The notes beneath the pieces were generated by a model. It ran no database searches, was not told where the DNA came from, and was given only the letters and a program-made list of their open reading frames with translations. Source: the human T2T-CHM13v2.0 reference genome, Homo sapiens. Taken from it: 64,000 nt of DNA. Within the stretch, counting starts at the first letter, position 1, and each line of letters starts with the position of its first letter. The stretch lies in assembly GCF_009914755.1 (NCBI RefSeq), contig NC_060927.1. One strand, written 5' to 3'. Below are positions 38,567 through 50,963 of the stretch, in pieces. Position numbers and translations under genes: made by a program.

Positions 38567-39026
38567 TGCACACGTATGTTTATTGCGGCACTATTCACAA
38601 TAGCAAAGACTTGGAACCAACCCAAATGTCCAACAATGATGGACTGGATTAAGAAAATGTGGCACATATACACCATGGAATACTATGCAGCCATAAAAAA
38701 GGATGAGTTCATGTCCTTTGTAGGGACATGGATGAAGCTGGAAACCATCATTCTCAGCAAACTATCGCAAGGACAAAAAACCAAACACCACATGTTCTCA
38801 CTCAGAGGTGGGAATTGAACAATGAGAACACATGGACACAGGAAGGGGAACATCACACACCAGGGACGGTTGTGGGGTGGGGGGAGGGGGGAAGGATAGC
38901 ATTGGGAGATATACCTAATGCTAAATGACGAGTTGATGGGTGCAGCACACCAACATGGCACATGTATACATATGTAACAAACCTGCACATTGTGCACATG
39001 TACCCTAAAACTTAAATAATAATAAA
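38567..39026 (+). mobile_element. 5'-truncated L1PA4/5-like 3' end
   Basis: ORF2 C-terminus [13 protein letters not shown]... plus 3'UTR; ~20-bp TSD aaagata(c/t)tttatgtgac(c/t)t at 38547 and 39027. Confidence 0.92.
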
Positions 39027-40239
39027 AAAGATATTTTATGTGACTTTTTATCATAAAAAGAGAGAGCATTATGTTGCTGAATTTTCAATAATACATTGAG
39101 ATAACTTAGATTTCTTAGTATCAGCTGTAAAAAATTAATATTTGATCTTGTGTTTTACTTAGAGACATTTCTTTTACTTGTAAAATGACTGTTTACTGAG
39201 AAGAGCATTTTATATGTGTTCTCATTTTAATAGAAACTACAGTGTTGATACTGGTTGAGTTAATTAAAGCAAAATTGGTGAGGTCATAGCAGGTTAATTA
39301 TCACAGTTTCTAAGCATGTACAACGTCCCATGGTGAACAGTTTATAACTTTAGATAGTTTTCTATAAAAAATATTTTTCTCAAATGCATGTAATTATAAT
39401 AAATATAATTTCAAGGATATAAGCCAACAACTATTGGAACTGCTATTGAAATAAAAATTGTAACATGATAGGAAAGTATATCTCCCCTTTTGGTTAACTA
39501 ATTGAGATACAAACTCCATTTCCTTAATAATTAGATGCAAGTAAGTACAGATTTACTTACATTTTGTGGTAAATGAAGATATGCAAACATTTATTAACCT
39601 TTTCCTTTGTCAATTTAAAAATAAGCTAGTAATTACTCTACCTGCTATTCTCAAAAGCACTTGTGTCAACAGCTTATCAGGCTCTCAAGGCTCCTGCTTT
39701 AAAAAACAAAACAAAACAATACAAAATACCTTATAGCCTCAGACTTCAATTTTCATTTTAATCAGGGCTAAATCAAAGATAGTTTAAGGTTTATAATAAT
39801 TTATTTCTACAGAACTATACAATGACAGAAATTTTAGAGAAAATCTAGCTAGCCCACATCCCTTAATTTTATAGACAAGAAAAGCAATGCTGAAAAAAAT
39901 CCACCAAAAATAACTGAGCAAATTAGCACCAGAGTTAGACTTGAAAACTCAGGACTTTCCTGATTTCCAGACCTCTGACTACTGATTTGCCCAAGCTTCT
40001 TTTAAAGTCATGTTTCCAACTAGGCAAAATAGAGCTGAGGGGAATAGGCACCTATTATTTTCATCAGAATATGTGGAACTCATTGGTTGCTAGATTTTTT
40101 TTAAACAACATATAAGTGCTGTTCTCAAAGAGAATGTAACCTAACAGTGGAATCCAGGTAAATGCATATAAAAGATAAAATGCAGTAAAGTAGCAGAAGA
40201 AAACAGTGGTGCACTTATCTAAAATAAATATAATCCTAA

Positions 40240-40614
<375 letters not shown>

Positions 40615-41003
40615 TGAAAGAGTGTTTTAATAAATACAACACACAGAAAAGGATAGATATATCTGATGCAATATAGAAGGAAACAGATGTGAGATGTTAG
40701 TGGTTCTGAGGACAAGCTAGAGAAAGCACTCACCATCATTTGGGAAATGTTTTTATGGTCCTATAGTGAGGGACTGTGTGGAAGAAACAACGTGACAGTG
40801 TGACATGTTTAGCATGTCTTTGATGTGTAATTTGAACTGCATTTATAAAAATCACTTAAAAATTATTTCATTTTAACTGTAGCAGGAGGTAAAATTTTTA
40901 ATGTTCTTACTTTTCAGGGCTTGGTCTTTTTTTTCCTATGGTAAGTAACAATACTAAGTCAGATTCTGATATTTTCAACCCTTGTTGCTTTCCTGTGTCA
41001 TAA

Positions 41004-41142
41004 TTAGCACCATGGTTTGTACAGATCTTCAATTGCCTGACTTTCATATGCATGGGGCTTAGGAGAGTGGTATACATTCCCATCAAGAGTTATATCAGGC
41101 CTGAGTGATGTCTGGATATCAGCAAAGACATTATTCTTAAAA
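41004..41142 (-). other. Candidate terminal exon of an unidentified spliced transcript (possibly coding)
   Basis: Strong acceptor ttttttttctttttgcttttcttcctAG; open frame FKNNVFADIQTSLRPDITLDGNVYHSPKPHAYESQAIEDLYKPWC*; ATTAAA at 40897-40902 (-). No protein recognised. Confidence 0.35.
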
Positions 41143-41638
41143 CTAGGAAGAAAAGCAAAAAGAAAAAAAAAGAGGAAAATTCCATATATGTAGATGCATC
41201 TAGGCAATAAAGATTTTCATCTTCATTTAACATCAAGTTCTTTGTAATGAATGGGGGATTATAACTCTTGATTGTTTGTCTGCATAATTTATCCCACTTT
41301 AATATCAAACTTTAATATTTCTAATATGTCTTAGCAATAATTGTTACCACAATCGATAATTAAACTACTGTTCTGGAAGCCAGTGCAAAAAGGAAATTCA
41401 ACAGGTTGCTGAGTTCACAGTGGGTGATAAAAGAAATTCATGTCAGATCACACTAAGTCCACCAAGACAGTGAGACATTCAAAACGGTTCCTATCACATG
41501 CAATTTGGATATTTAAATAAACAATATCTATAACACTAAAAATGCAGCAGATTTATAATCTTTTCATAAGCCAAATGTTAAAGAAGTAAATCATAAGACC
41601 TGAAGGCAGCTCTATAGGAAGCCAAAAAAAAAAAAGTC

Positions 41639-41740
41639 AAGGCAAGTGTCCTAACTTGTCTCAAAAACTTAGAACATGTTCTTTTTTTTAAGGCAAGTGT
41701 CCTAACTTGTCTCAAAAACTTAGAACATGTTCTTTTTTTT
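41639..41740. repeat. Perfect 51-bp tandem duplication
   Basis: aaggcaagtgtcctaacttgtctcaaaaacttagaacatgttctttttttt x2. Confidence 0.97.
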
Positions 41741-41965
41741 AGGCTGGGGTGCAGTGGTGAATGTGCACATCATGGTACTTTACAGTAAGCAATAATATTT
41801 GCATGACAGAAAATAGAAGGTTATTTTGGACACTCCATAAATCCTCTGGTGAAAAAAGTTTGCTTTTCTTTTTAATATATAATTATAAGTAAAATAAAAC
41901 ATTAGGAAAAATATTAAATATTAGACATGATAGAATTTCTAAATAAAATATTTTCAAAAATTTGT

Positions 41966-42100
41966 GGCTGGGCATGGTGGCTCATGCCTGTAATCCCAGC
42001 ACTTTGGGAGGCACAGCTGGGAGGATCACTTGAGGCCAGGGGTTTGACACTAGCCTGGGCAACATCGTGAGATCCCATTTCTGCAAAATAAAAAAAATTA
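41966..42100 (+). mobile_element. FLAM/AluJ left monomer
   Basis: ggctgggcatggtggctcatgcctgtaatcccagcactttgggagg ... followed by an A-rich tail. Confidence 0.85.
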
Positions 42101-42300
42101 TAAAAAAATTGATAAGAAAGTTAAAGTTTTGTCAATGAGCATAAAATTTTTAATTCAGATTTTATGATTCACATAAAATTCCTGACAAGACTTTCTAATG
42201 ATGAGCTCTCGAAATTCCTGATAGTCATCACTGATGAGAAACCATTCCCAAAAGTAGGTGATAAAGCCACATTTTTATAATCATCTAAATATTTAAAATA

Positions 42301-42443
42301 CAGATGCCCCTCGACTTATAATGGGGCTACATCCTGATAAACGCATCATAGGTCAAAAATAACAAAAATGCACTTAGTACCCCTATACAGCTATCATGAA
42401 GTTGAAGAATCATGTTGAAACATTGTAAGTCAGGGACTATTTG
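42301..42443. mobile_element. MER47-type (Tigger) MITE
   Basis: TA|cagatgcccctcgacttataatgggg ... taagtcagggactatttg|TA. Confidence 0.75.
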
Positions 42444-42839
42444 TAGTTCAAATTACATTTAAAGAATCTAACAACTTTTCCTAACTTTCATTAACAAATG
42501 AAATAGTACATTTTCCTAAGATTTGTAAGTGGGTTTGAATGCAAAACATTTTTTATATTAAGTATTTCAAAACGGTGATAATACCTTAACTTGCATTGTC
42601 TGAACATATTCTGCAAATGGTACTTGCATTGTTATAGCAGTCACACTGGAGGTAGCTCAGACTCCAGTAAAAGGGTAAATCAGTCACAAAAAAGTATCAG
42701 ATATTAGGGCTGATGGGTTTGAGAACTCTACCACAAGAGCCCCACAGTCAGCCTCCTACAAACCCTAACTGGCTGCACTTTGGATATTCTGCCATGCCTT
42801 TTGATCAATTGGAATATGAATGTCTTCACCATTGCATAC

Positions 42840-42930
42840 CTCTTGTCTAAAATTGGCAGAAGCACTCAGCAATTGGCAGCTGAGGGAGAAATCCAGGTGG
42901 AGGAACATCTCCTTGAACAAGACCTCAGAG
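42840..42930 (-). other. Candidate 91-nt internal exon
   Basis: Acceptor cccattctctgctttggcAG; donor GAG|gtatgc. Confidence 0.25.
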
Positions 42931-45229
42931 CTGCCAAAGCAGAGAATGGGAGTTTTCATTCTTCAAAATTTGTGGGTACCATGGAACATACCCTCAGATT
43001 CTTCTCTAATCATGCTGCCTTCTAAGGAGTCTCAGACGAGACTATTTATGACCTGAGGTAAGTGGCTTAGGAGCCCTATTTGAAGGAGAGCCTGCTTGCC
43101 ACTCCAAGCACAGAATTGTTCAGTTTCTCAAAGTACAAGCATTAGACTGTACAATAGCACATTGGTTGGAAAACTTTGCTTTAGGGAATACAGTGACTTG
43201 TCAGCACATCTCTATAACTTTCTTTCACAAGTATCATTGGTCTCAAATTTGTTTAGGCAAGAGCCAGAGCAGCAAACTCAGGGATAATAATCCTCATAAA
43301 CGCCTTTGGTTTCATATAGTCCAATCAATTGGTTAACGGGTTCATCTAATTATTATTGACTATCTATTCTGTGCCAGACACTAATGTTAGTCTAAAAATG
43401 TTTCAAGTTGAATTGGGAAGAGGTTCTGGGGTCCTTTCCTTAGGCACTGGAAGTCTGGGGTCCTAACTCAAGAATAAAACAATGTTACTACCCCTGCCCC
43501 ACATCACATCAAATATTAGACAAGCTAATCAGTGATAAACTGCACTAATTTTTTCATAGCATATGTGCTACCGCTCCCCTAATTGATTTGTAAGGTTTAT
43601 GCTTTTCTGGGTATTTTTTGATTCATTGAGGCTGAGTGAAGGGAAAGGATCAAGGTGCCAAGATGCCTAAAAATTCTGGATCCTTTAGAATTTAAGTCCA
43701 GAGGGTCTGGAGATGCCTAGAGCTCACGAAGAGGACCCAAGGAGAACGATGAGCAAAGGTTAAATGATACGTTGACATTTTTTATCTTTCCGGTAAAGTC
43801 CCTTCTCCCTATCCCATGTCCTTATCTTGCGATGTTGTAGCGGAGTAAGGGCTCATATTTCATATCTCCCTTGGGGATTTCTGGTTTTAACCAAACAATA
43901 AAACTTCTCAATTTTCTGCAAAACAAAATATTCTTCATTCTCTTAAGGAAGAACCCCAAAGAGCCGTGGAAATAAGGAGTATTGATGAAGAGGGCTTATG
44001 GACTTTGTCCTCAGAGTATATTAAAAGAGATATTTTCTTAGAGGGGAGAGGCACAGTTGGCAAAGTTGACTGCCTTGTCTTCCCCACTTCCACACAGGGA
44101 CGTTATGTTACAGCTCAGCTGAACAGCTCACCATTCCCAAGGCGTGCAGTATATACCCTAATGTCTCCCTGTTCTTTCTCTGGCAAGTCATTCTCTAAGA
44201 CCTGCCATGAATGTCATCCACATATGAAGTCCTCCCCATTGCCACCTCCACCATCTGTCACCTCCCCACTCCTACAGTCCCTGTTTTGGAATTCCCACAG
44301 CACCTGTTGCTTATCTTCATTGCACTTAGTTCATGGCACTTGTTTATATGTCTCAATATTACACTGGGCAGAGACCTCATTACAACACTCAAGGATCTGT
44401 CCCAAATTAAGGACTGAGGAAACATTTGATGAGAAAGCAAATATTACTTTCTCTTTGTATTTAACTTTCAGCTCACATCTGCCTCCAGAACATAGCTGTA
44501 TACATTTTTATCTTTTCTTGATCCTAACACTTCCACTCTTGTCTTCTGGTCTTCCTCTCAGTCTGGAGCTTCCCTCAATTCCAGGACTTCTCTGACTCCT
44601 CAGTAACTGCCAAGTAGACAGCAACTGCTGCTCTGCTGCCCCCAAGAGGACCGTGGCCAACACAGACATTGTGCGGTTGGTGATATCATAAACCTCACCA
44701 GAGAAGCATTCAGGCAGTAATACATGAACCTAGGAGAACAGAATGATGTTTGTCTCTGGGAACAGTTGTAGGCGATGGATATAATAGTAGGTTAAGGATA
44801 TAATAGACGGTTAAGGGTTGAAACCGTCTCTGCTCATGGATTTAATCTCTAAGCCTCTCAGACTCTGTAGAAGGTATTGAAATAAATTAACATCCATTTG
44901 GGCTTCCTTACTATCTGGACATTTCCCTTCTGGTTAGTCTTCAACATTTTCAAATAATTTCTCCAAATGCTTGATCAAGAAGCATAAATGAGAAAACACT
45001 AGATTAGTCTTTCAGTCTTCCTAAGACATTTATTTCTTTTTCTTTTCCTGTTAGCCTAGGAAAGCACAATGAATTTATATAGAAGAATTTTAATTGTTTA
45101 TCCTTTCTAAAAATGTTCTCCACCAGACAATGCCTATAAAGTGCTCTCAAAGTCTCTAATGAAAGGAACTACTGTACAATGCAAAAGATTTTCTATATTA
45201 CTATTATAGGGACTAGGTGCTTTAAATAA

Positions 45230-46090
45230 ATATCTTTTAATAACTGTTACAGAAGGAACAAAAACCAAGGAATAGAATAGAGAGTAGAAACATTTATATG
45301 TCACCAGAAATTCACAATAAAAACTACAGAGAAATACATAGCATAAGTTTTTATAATATTTGAAATTCCATACCTGGGAAAAGGTTTACTCCTAAATTTG
45401 ATATCTAAATTTTGAACAAGTGGCAGTCACTGAAGAAAACATATGTAGAAGAAGAACATATTCTGAAATCATAGGTAAAATCCAAGATTATGTTATGTTC
45501 TACTACAATAAGAATATTAGAAAATCAGAACTCATATTACCTCTTGTCCCCAAAGGATACCATTTTTAATAAAACTACATTTTACTGAACTGACATCAGA
45601 GATCATGCTTGAAATAAGAAATAATAATAATATTATTCTGAACATCTGAACACTTCACACATCTCCTTCATTGAAACATTGTCATATCTTGGAGAGGAAA
45701 ATCCACGAAATTTTAAAATGAAAAGAGTTTGTCTGGCCACATTAATACAAGCTACTGTAGGAATAAAATAGGAAGTAAGAATCAAAATATTTAGCCAATG
45801 AAAAGGATCTACCAAAATAGCAATCACAAAGTCAAAGAAACTGTAACAAAACACTCCAGTGTGAATTCAAAATAATCAAACAAGAATTTGGAGGTATGAG
45901 AAAGTATTTCAAATTAGGAATTTTAAAACACAGAAGAGAAATATGCAAAGAAACAGGATAATTGTGAAACAAAAATGAAATGAGCCTAGAAAATACTGGA
46001 AAAGACAAAATCATTTCATAATAAACAGTATATTAGAAAGAGCCCAAAGGAAAAGATTTAGCTAAAAACATGATAAGAATATGGCAACTG
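45230..46090 (+). mobile_element. Ancient L1M fragment(s)
   Basis: A-rich L1-like sequence; subfamily not resolved. Confidence 0.4.
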
Positions 46091-46099
46091 GACAATTAG

Positions 46100-48324
46100 T
46101 GATACGGTTTGGCTGCGTCTCCACCCAAATCTCAACTTGAATTGTATCTCCCAGAATTCCCACATGTTGTTGGAAGGACCAAGGGGAAGGTAATTGAATC
46201 GTGGGGGCTGGTTTTTCCTGTGCTATTTTCGTGACAGTGAATAAGTCTCATGAGATCAGATGGTTTATTATGGGTTTCCGCTTTTGCTTCCTGCTCATTT
46301 TCTCTTGCTGCTGTCATGTAAGAAGTGCCTTTCACCTGCCACCATGATTCTGAGGCCTCCACAGCCATGTGGAACTGTAAGTCCAATTAAACCTCTTTTT
46401 CTTTCCAGTCTTGGGTATGTCTTTATCAGGAGTGTGAAAATGGACCAAATACAGTAAATTGGTACCAGAAGTGGGGTGTTGCTGAAAATATACCCGAAAA
46501 TGTGAAAGCAACTTTGGAACTGGGTAACGGGCCAACATTGGAACAGTTTGGAGGGCTCAGAAGAAGACAGGAAAATGTGGGAACGTTTGGAACCTCCTAG
46601 AGACTTATTGAATGGCTTTAACAAAAATGCTGATAGTGATATGAACAATAAGGTCCAGGCTGAGGTGGTCTCAGATGGAGATGAGGAACTTGTTGGGAAC
46701 TGGAGCAGAGGTGACTCTTGTTATCTTTTAGCAAAGAGACTGGGAGCATTTTGCCCCTGCCCTAGAGATTTGTGGAACTTTGAACTTGAGAGAGATTATT
46801 TAGGATATCTGGTGGAAGAAATTTCTAAGCAGCAAATCATTCAAAAGGTGACTTAGGTGCTGTAAAGCATTCAGTTTTAAAAGGAAAACAGAGCAAAAAA
46901 GAAAAACCTATTTCTTGAGGAGAAATTCAAGATGGCTGCAGAAATTTCATAAGTAGCAAAGAGCCTAATGTTAATCCCCAAGACCATGGGGAAAATGTCT
47001 CCAGGCCATGTCAGAGACCTTCATGGCAGCCCCTTCCATCACACGCCTGGAGGCCCAGTAGGAAAAAGTGGTTTTGTGGGCTGGGCCCAGGGTCCCCGTC
47101 TTGTGTGCAATCTAGGGACTTGGTGCCCTGTGTCCCAGCTGCTTTAGCCATGGCTGAAAGGGGTCAATGTGGAGCTTGGGCTGTGGCTTCAGTTGGTGGA
47201 AGCCCCAAGCCTTGGCAACTTCCATGTTGCATTGAGCCTGCAGGTGCACAGAAGTCAAAAATTGAGGTTTGGGAACGTCCACCTAGACTTCAGAAGATGC
47301 ATGGAAATGCCTGGATGCCCAGGCAAAAGTTTACTGCAGGAGCAGGGCCCTCATGGAGAACTTCTGCTAGGGCAATGTGGAAGGGAAATGTGGGGTTGGA
47401 GCCCCCACACAGAGTCCCTACTTGGGCACTGCCTAGTGGAGGTGTGAGAAGAAAGCCTTTACCCTCCAACTCCCAGAACGGTAGACCCACTGACAGCTTG
47501 CACCATGCACCTGGAAAAGCTGCAGACACTCAACACTAGCTCATGAAAATAGCCAGGAGCCACAGGGGTGGAGCTGCCAAAGACCATGGGAATGCACCTT
47601 TTGCATCAGCGTAACCTGGATGTGAGACCTGGAGTCAGAGGAGATCATTTTGGAGCTTTAACATTTGACTGCCCTGCTGGATTTTGGACTTCCATGGGCC
47701 CTGTAACCCCTTTGTTTTGGCAAATTTCTCCCATTTGGAATGGTTGTGTTTACCCAATACCTGTACCCCCATTGCATCTAGGAAGTAATTAGCTTGCTTT
47801 TGGTTTTATAGGCTCATAGGCAGGAGGGACTTGCCTTGTCTCAGATGACACTTTGGACTGTGGACTTTTGGGTTAATGCTGAAATGAGTTAAGACTTTGG
47901 GGGACTGTTGGGAAGGCGTGATTGGTTTTGAAATGTGAGGATATGATATTTGGAGGGGCCAGGAACAGAATGATATGGTTTGGCTGTGTCCCTACCCAAA
48001 TCTCAACTTGAATTATGTCTCCCAGAATTCTCACATGTTGGGGGAGGGACCCAGGGGGAGGTAATTGAATCATGGGGGCCAGTTTTTCCTGTACTATTCT
48101 CATGATAGTGAATAAGTCTCATGAGATCTGATGGGTTTATCATGGGTTTCCACTTTTGCTTCATCCTTATTTTCTCTTGCCACTACCATGTAAGAAGTGC
48201 CTTTCATCTCCCACCATGATTCTGAGACCTCTCCAGCCATGTGGAACTGTAAGTCCAATTAAATATCTTTTTCTTCCCTGTCTCAAGTATGTCTTCATCA
48301 GCAGCATCAAAATGGACTAACACA
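46100..48324 (+). mobile_element. Full-length THE1A MaLR provirus (LTR 46100-46453, internal 46454-47970, LTR 47971-48324)
   Basis: Two ~354-bp direct LTRs (tgata(c/t)ggtttggctg..aca); internal region starts gtaaattggtacc; purine tract before the 3' LTR; 5-bp TSD ATTAG at 46095 and 48325. Confidence 0.93.
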
Positions 48325-48334
48325 ATTAGATTTT

Positions 48335-48503
<169 letters not shown>

Positions 48504-48610
48504 TTATATATATATATATACATATATATATACACACATATATATGTATTTATATATGTATGTATATATGTATATATATGTATATATGTATATATATGTA
48601 TATATATATG
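48504..48610. repeat. (TA)n/(TATATG)n microsatellite
   Basis: Seen directly. Confidence 0.9.
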
Positions 48611-49438
48611 AACAGTATCATTAAAAAGTCTAATATCTTTTAAGTCTAATAAAATTTGTGCAACATTTCTAACTTAAAACTATAAAATATATCTGAAAGA
48701 AATTAAAGACGACCTTATAAATGAAGAACTAGACTATGTTCATAGATTGGAAGATAAAATTTCCCAATTGTAATTGGAAGATTGCATCTTTTGATTGCAT
48801 CTTTTCTACAAATTATTAAATGTTCCACTCCCCAAGTTAATCTATAGATTTAACACCATCACAATCAGTGCTGGCATGCTTTGTGTATCTGTGAATATTG
48901 ATAAAAACTGATTCTGAAATTTATATGAACACACACACAAAACCTACAATAGCCAAGACTGTCTTGAGAAAGGACTTACACCCCTAGAGTTCAGGACTTT
49001 AAAGACACAGTAATTAAAAGTGTGGCATTGACATAAGCAGAGAGACATTAAACATAAAACACAATAAAGTGTTCATGAGTGTGTGTGTTTGTGTGTATGT
49101 TTGTGTGTGGTCATTTAGTTTTTAACAAAGGTACCTCAGCAATTCAGAGAGGATAAGATGATCTTTTAATAAATTGTACTAGGTCAATTGGACATCCATA
49201 TAGAAAAGAAAAACAACCTTAATCCCAAACCTCACATCATACAAAAATTTAATTTAAGGTAGATTATAATAAAAATTTAACTTAAGATAGATTATAAATC
49301 TAAATAGTAAAAGGTAAAACAATAAAGCTTTTAGAAAAAACAAACGAGAATAATTTCAAGACATATTTGTCAGGTAAAGAAATTTTAACAGAACACAAGT
49401 AACAATTATCATAAAAGACGAGAGAACTTGTGGCCTTT

Positions 49439-49783
49439 TTTTTTTTTTTTTGAGATGGAGTCTCGCTCTGTCGCCCAGGCTGGAGTGCAGTGGCACGATC
49501 TCGGCTTACTGCAAGCTCCACCTCCCGAATGCACGCCATTCTCCTACCCCCATTGTATCTAGGAAGTAACTAGCTTGCTTTTGATCTAGGAAGTAACTAG
49601 CTTGCCTCCTGAGTAGCTGGGACTACAGGCACCTGCCACCACACCTGGCTAACTTTTTGTGTTTTTAGAAGAGATGGGGTTTCACTGTGTTAGCCAGGAT
49701 GGTCTTGATCTCCTGACCTCATGATCCGCCGCCTTGGCCTCCCAAAGTGCTGAGATTACAGGCATGAGCCACTGTGTCTGGCC
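49439..49783 (-). mobile_element. Older AluY-like element carrying a ~58-bp non-Alu insertion
   Basis: Diagnostics gcaagctcc, cacgccattctcc, ttagccaggatgg; TSD gagaactt(g/a)tgg(c/a)cttt at 49422 and 49784. Confidence 0.88.
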
Positions 49784-50061
49784 GAGAACTTATGGACTTT
49801 AAAAGCTTCTGTTCATCAAATACATCATTAAGAGGATAGAAAGAATAGGCAGAGAAAGATGTTTAAAATACATTTTAGATAAAGGACTTGTTTCCGAAAT
49901 ATATAGAGAACAATTACATATTAATAAAGAAAGACAAAATAACACAATTTCAAAAATGGGCAATAACTTGAACAGGCAATTTACCAACAAAGATATAAAA
50001 ATATCCAGTAAGTGTAAGACAATCTATTAAACACCATTGGTTATTAGAAAATGCAAATTAA

Positions 50062-50384
<323 letters not shown>

Positions 50385-50821
50385 TTAAAACTATAATGAA
50401 ACACCTGTATGTACCCACCAAAGTGACTACAAATTAGAAAAAAAAAAAAAAAACTATCAACACAATGTGTTGGTAAGAATGTGAGACAACTGGAAATCTC
50501 ATACATTCATGGTGGAAGTATAAAGTGATACAACACTTTAGATACCTGGAATGATCTACTATCCTCCGAGTCAAAAATTCTATTTCTAGGTATATACCTA
50601 AAAGGAACAACTGCATATGTCTAACAAAAAAGTGTGCGAAATGTGCATGTCAGCATTCTTCCTAACCATAAAATACTGCCAAAAATAGCCCAAAGCTGGA
50701 AACAACCCTAATGTCCCCAGATGGATTGTAGACATAAATTCGAATTAGAAAAATCATAAAGCTTTTAAAAGATAATATAGAAGAATGACTTCAACTATCA
50801 AGTTAGGAAGAAATTTCTTTA

Positions 50822-50867
50822 ATTTGTTATTTATTTATTTTATTTTACTTTAAGTTCTGGGATACAT
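50822..50867 (-). mobile_element. Very short L1PA 3' tail
   Basis: ttttattttactttaagttctgggatacat is the reverse complement of an L1PA8-type terminus. Confidence 0.7.
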
Positions 50868-50895
50868 AAACAGTGTGAAAAGATTGATATACTTT

Positions 50896-50963
50896 ATATT
50901 AAAACAAAATTAAGACCTCTGCTTTTCAAAACATAAGCAGAGGTCTTAATTTCATTTTAATAT
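50896..50963. repeat. Inverted repeat, 29-bp arms, 10-nt loop
   Basis: atattaaaacaaaattaagacctctgctt - ttcaaaacat - aagcagaggtcttaatttcattttaatat. Confidence 0.93.

Noticed and set aside
43966-44595. 209-aa ORF outside young repeats
   Set aside because: GTG start, low-complexity Ser/Leu/Pro composition, overlaps L2/MIR-like sequence, no recognisable domain.
44777-44816. 19-bp tandem duplication (and similar short ones at 30354, 59637 and 62580)
   Set aside because: Isolated ordinary slippage products with no further structure.
46548-47792. ORFs in the THE1A internal region
   Set aside because: Fragments of the MaLR internal ORF broken by stops and frameshifts.
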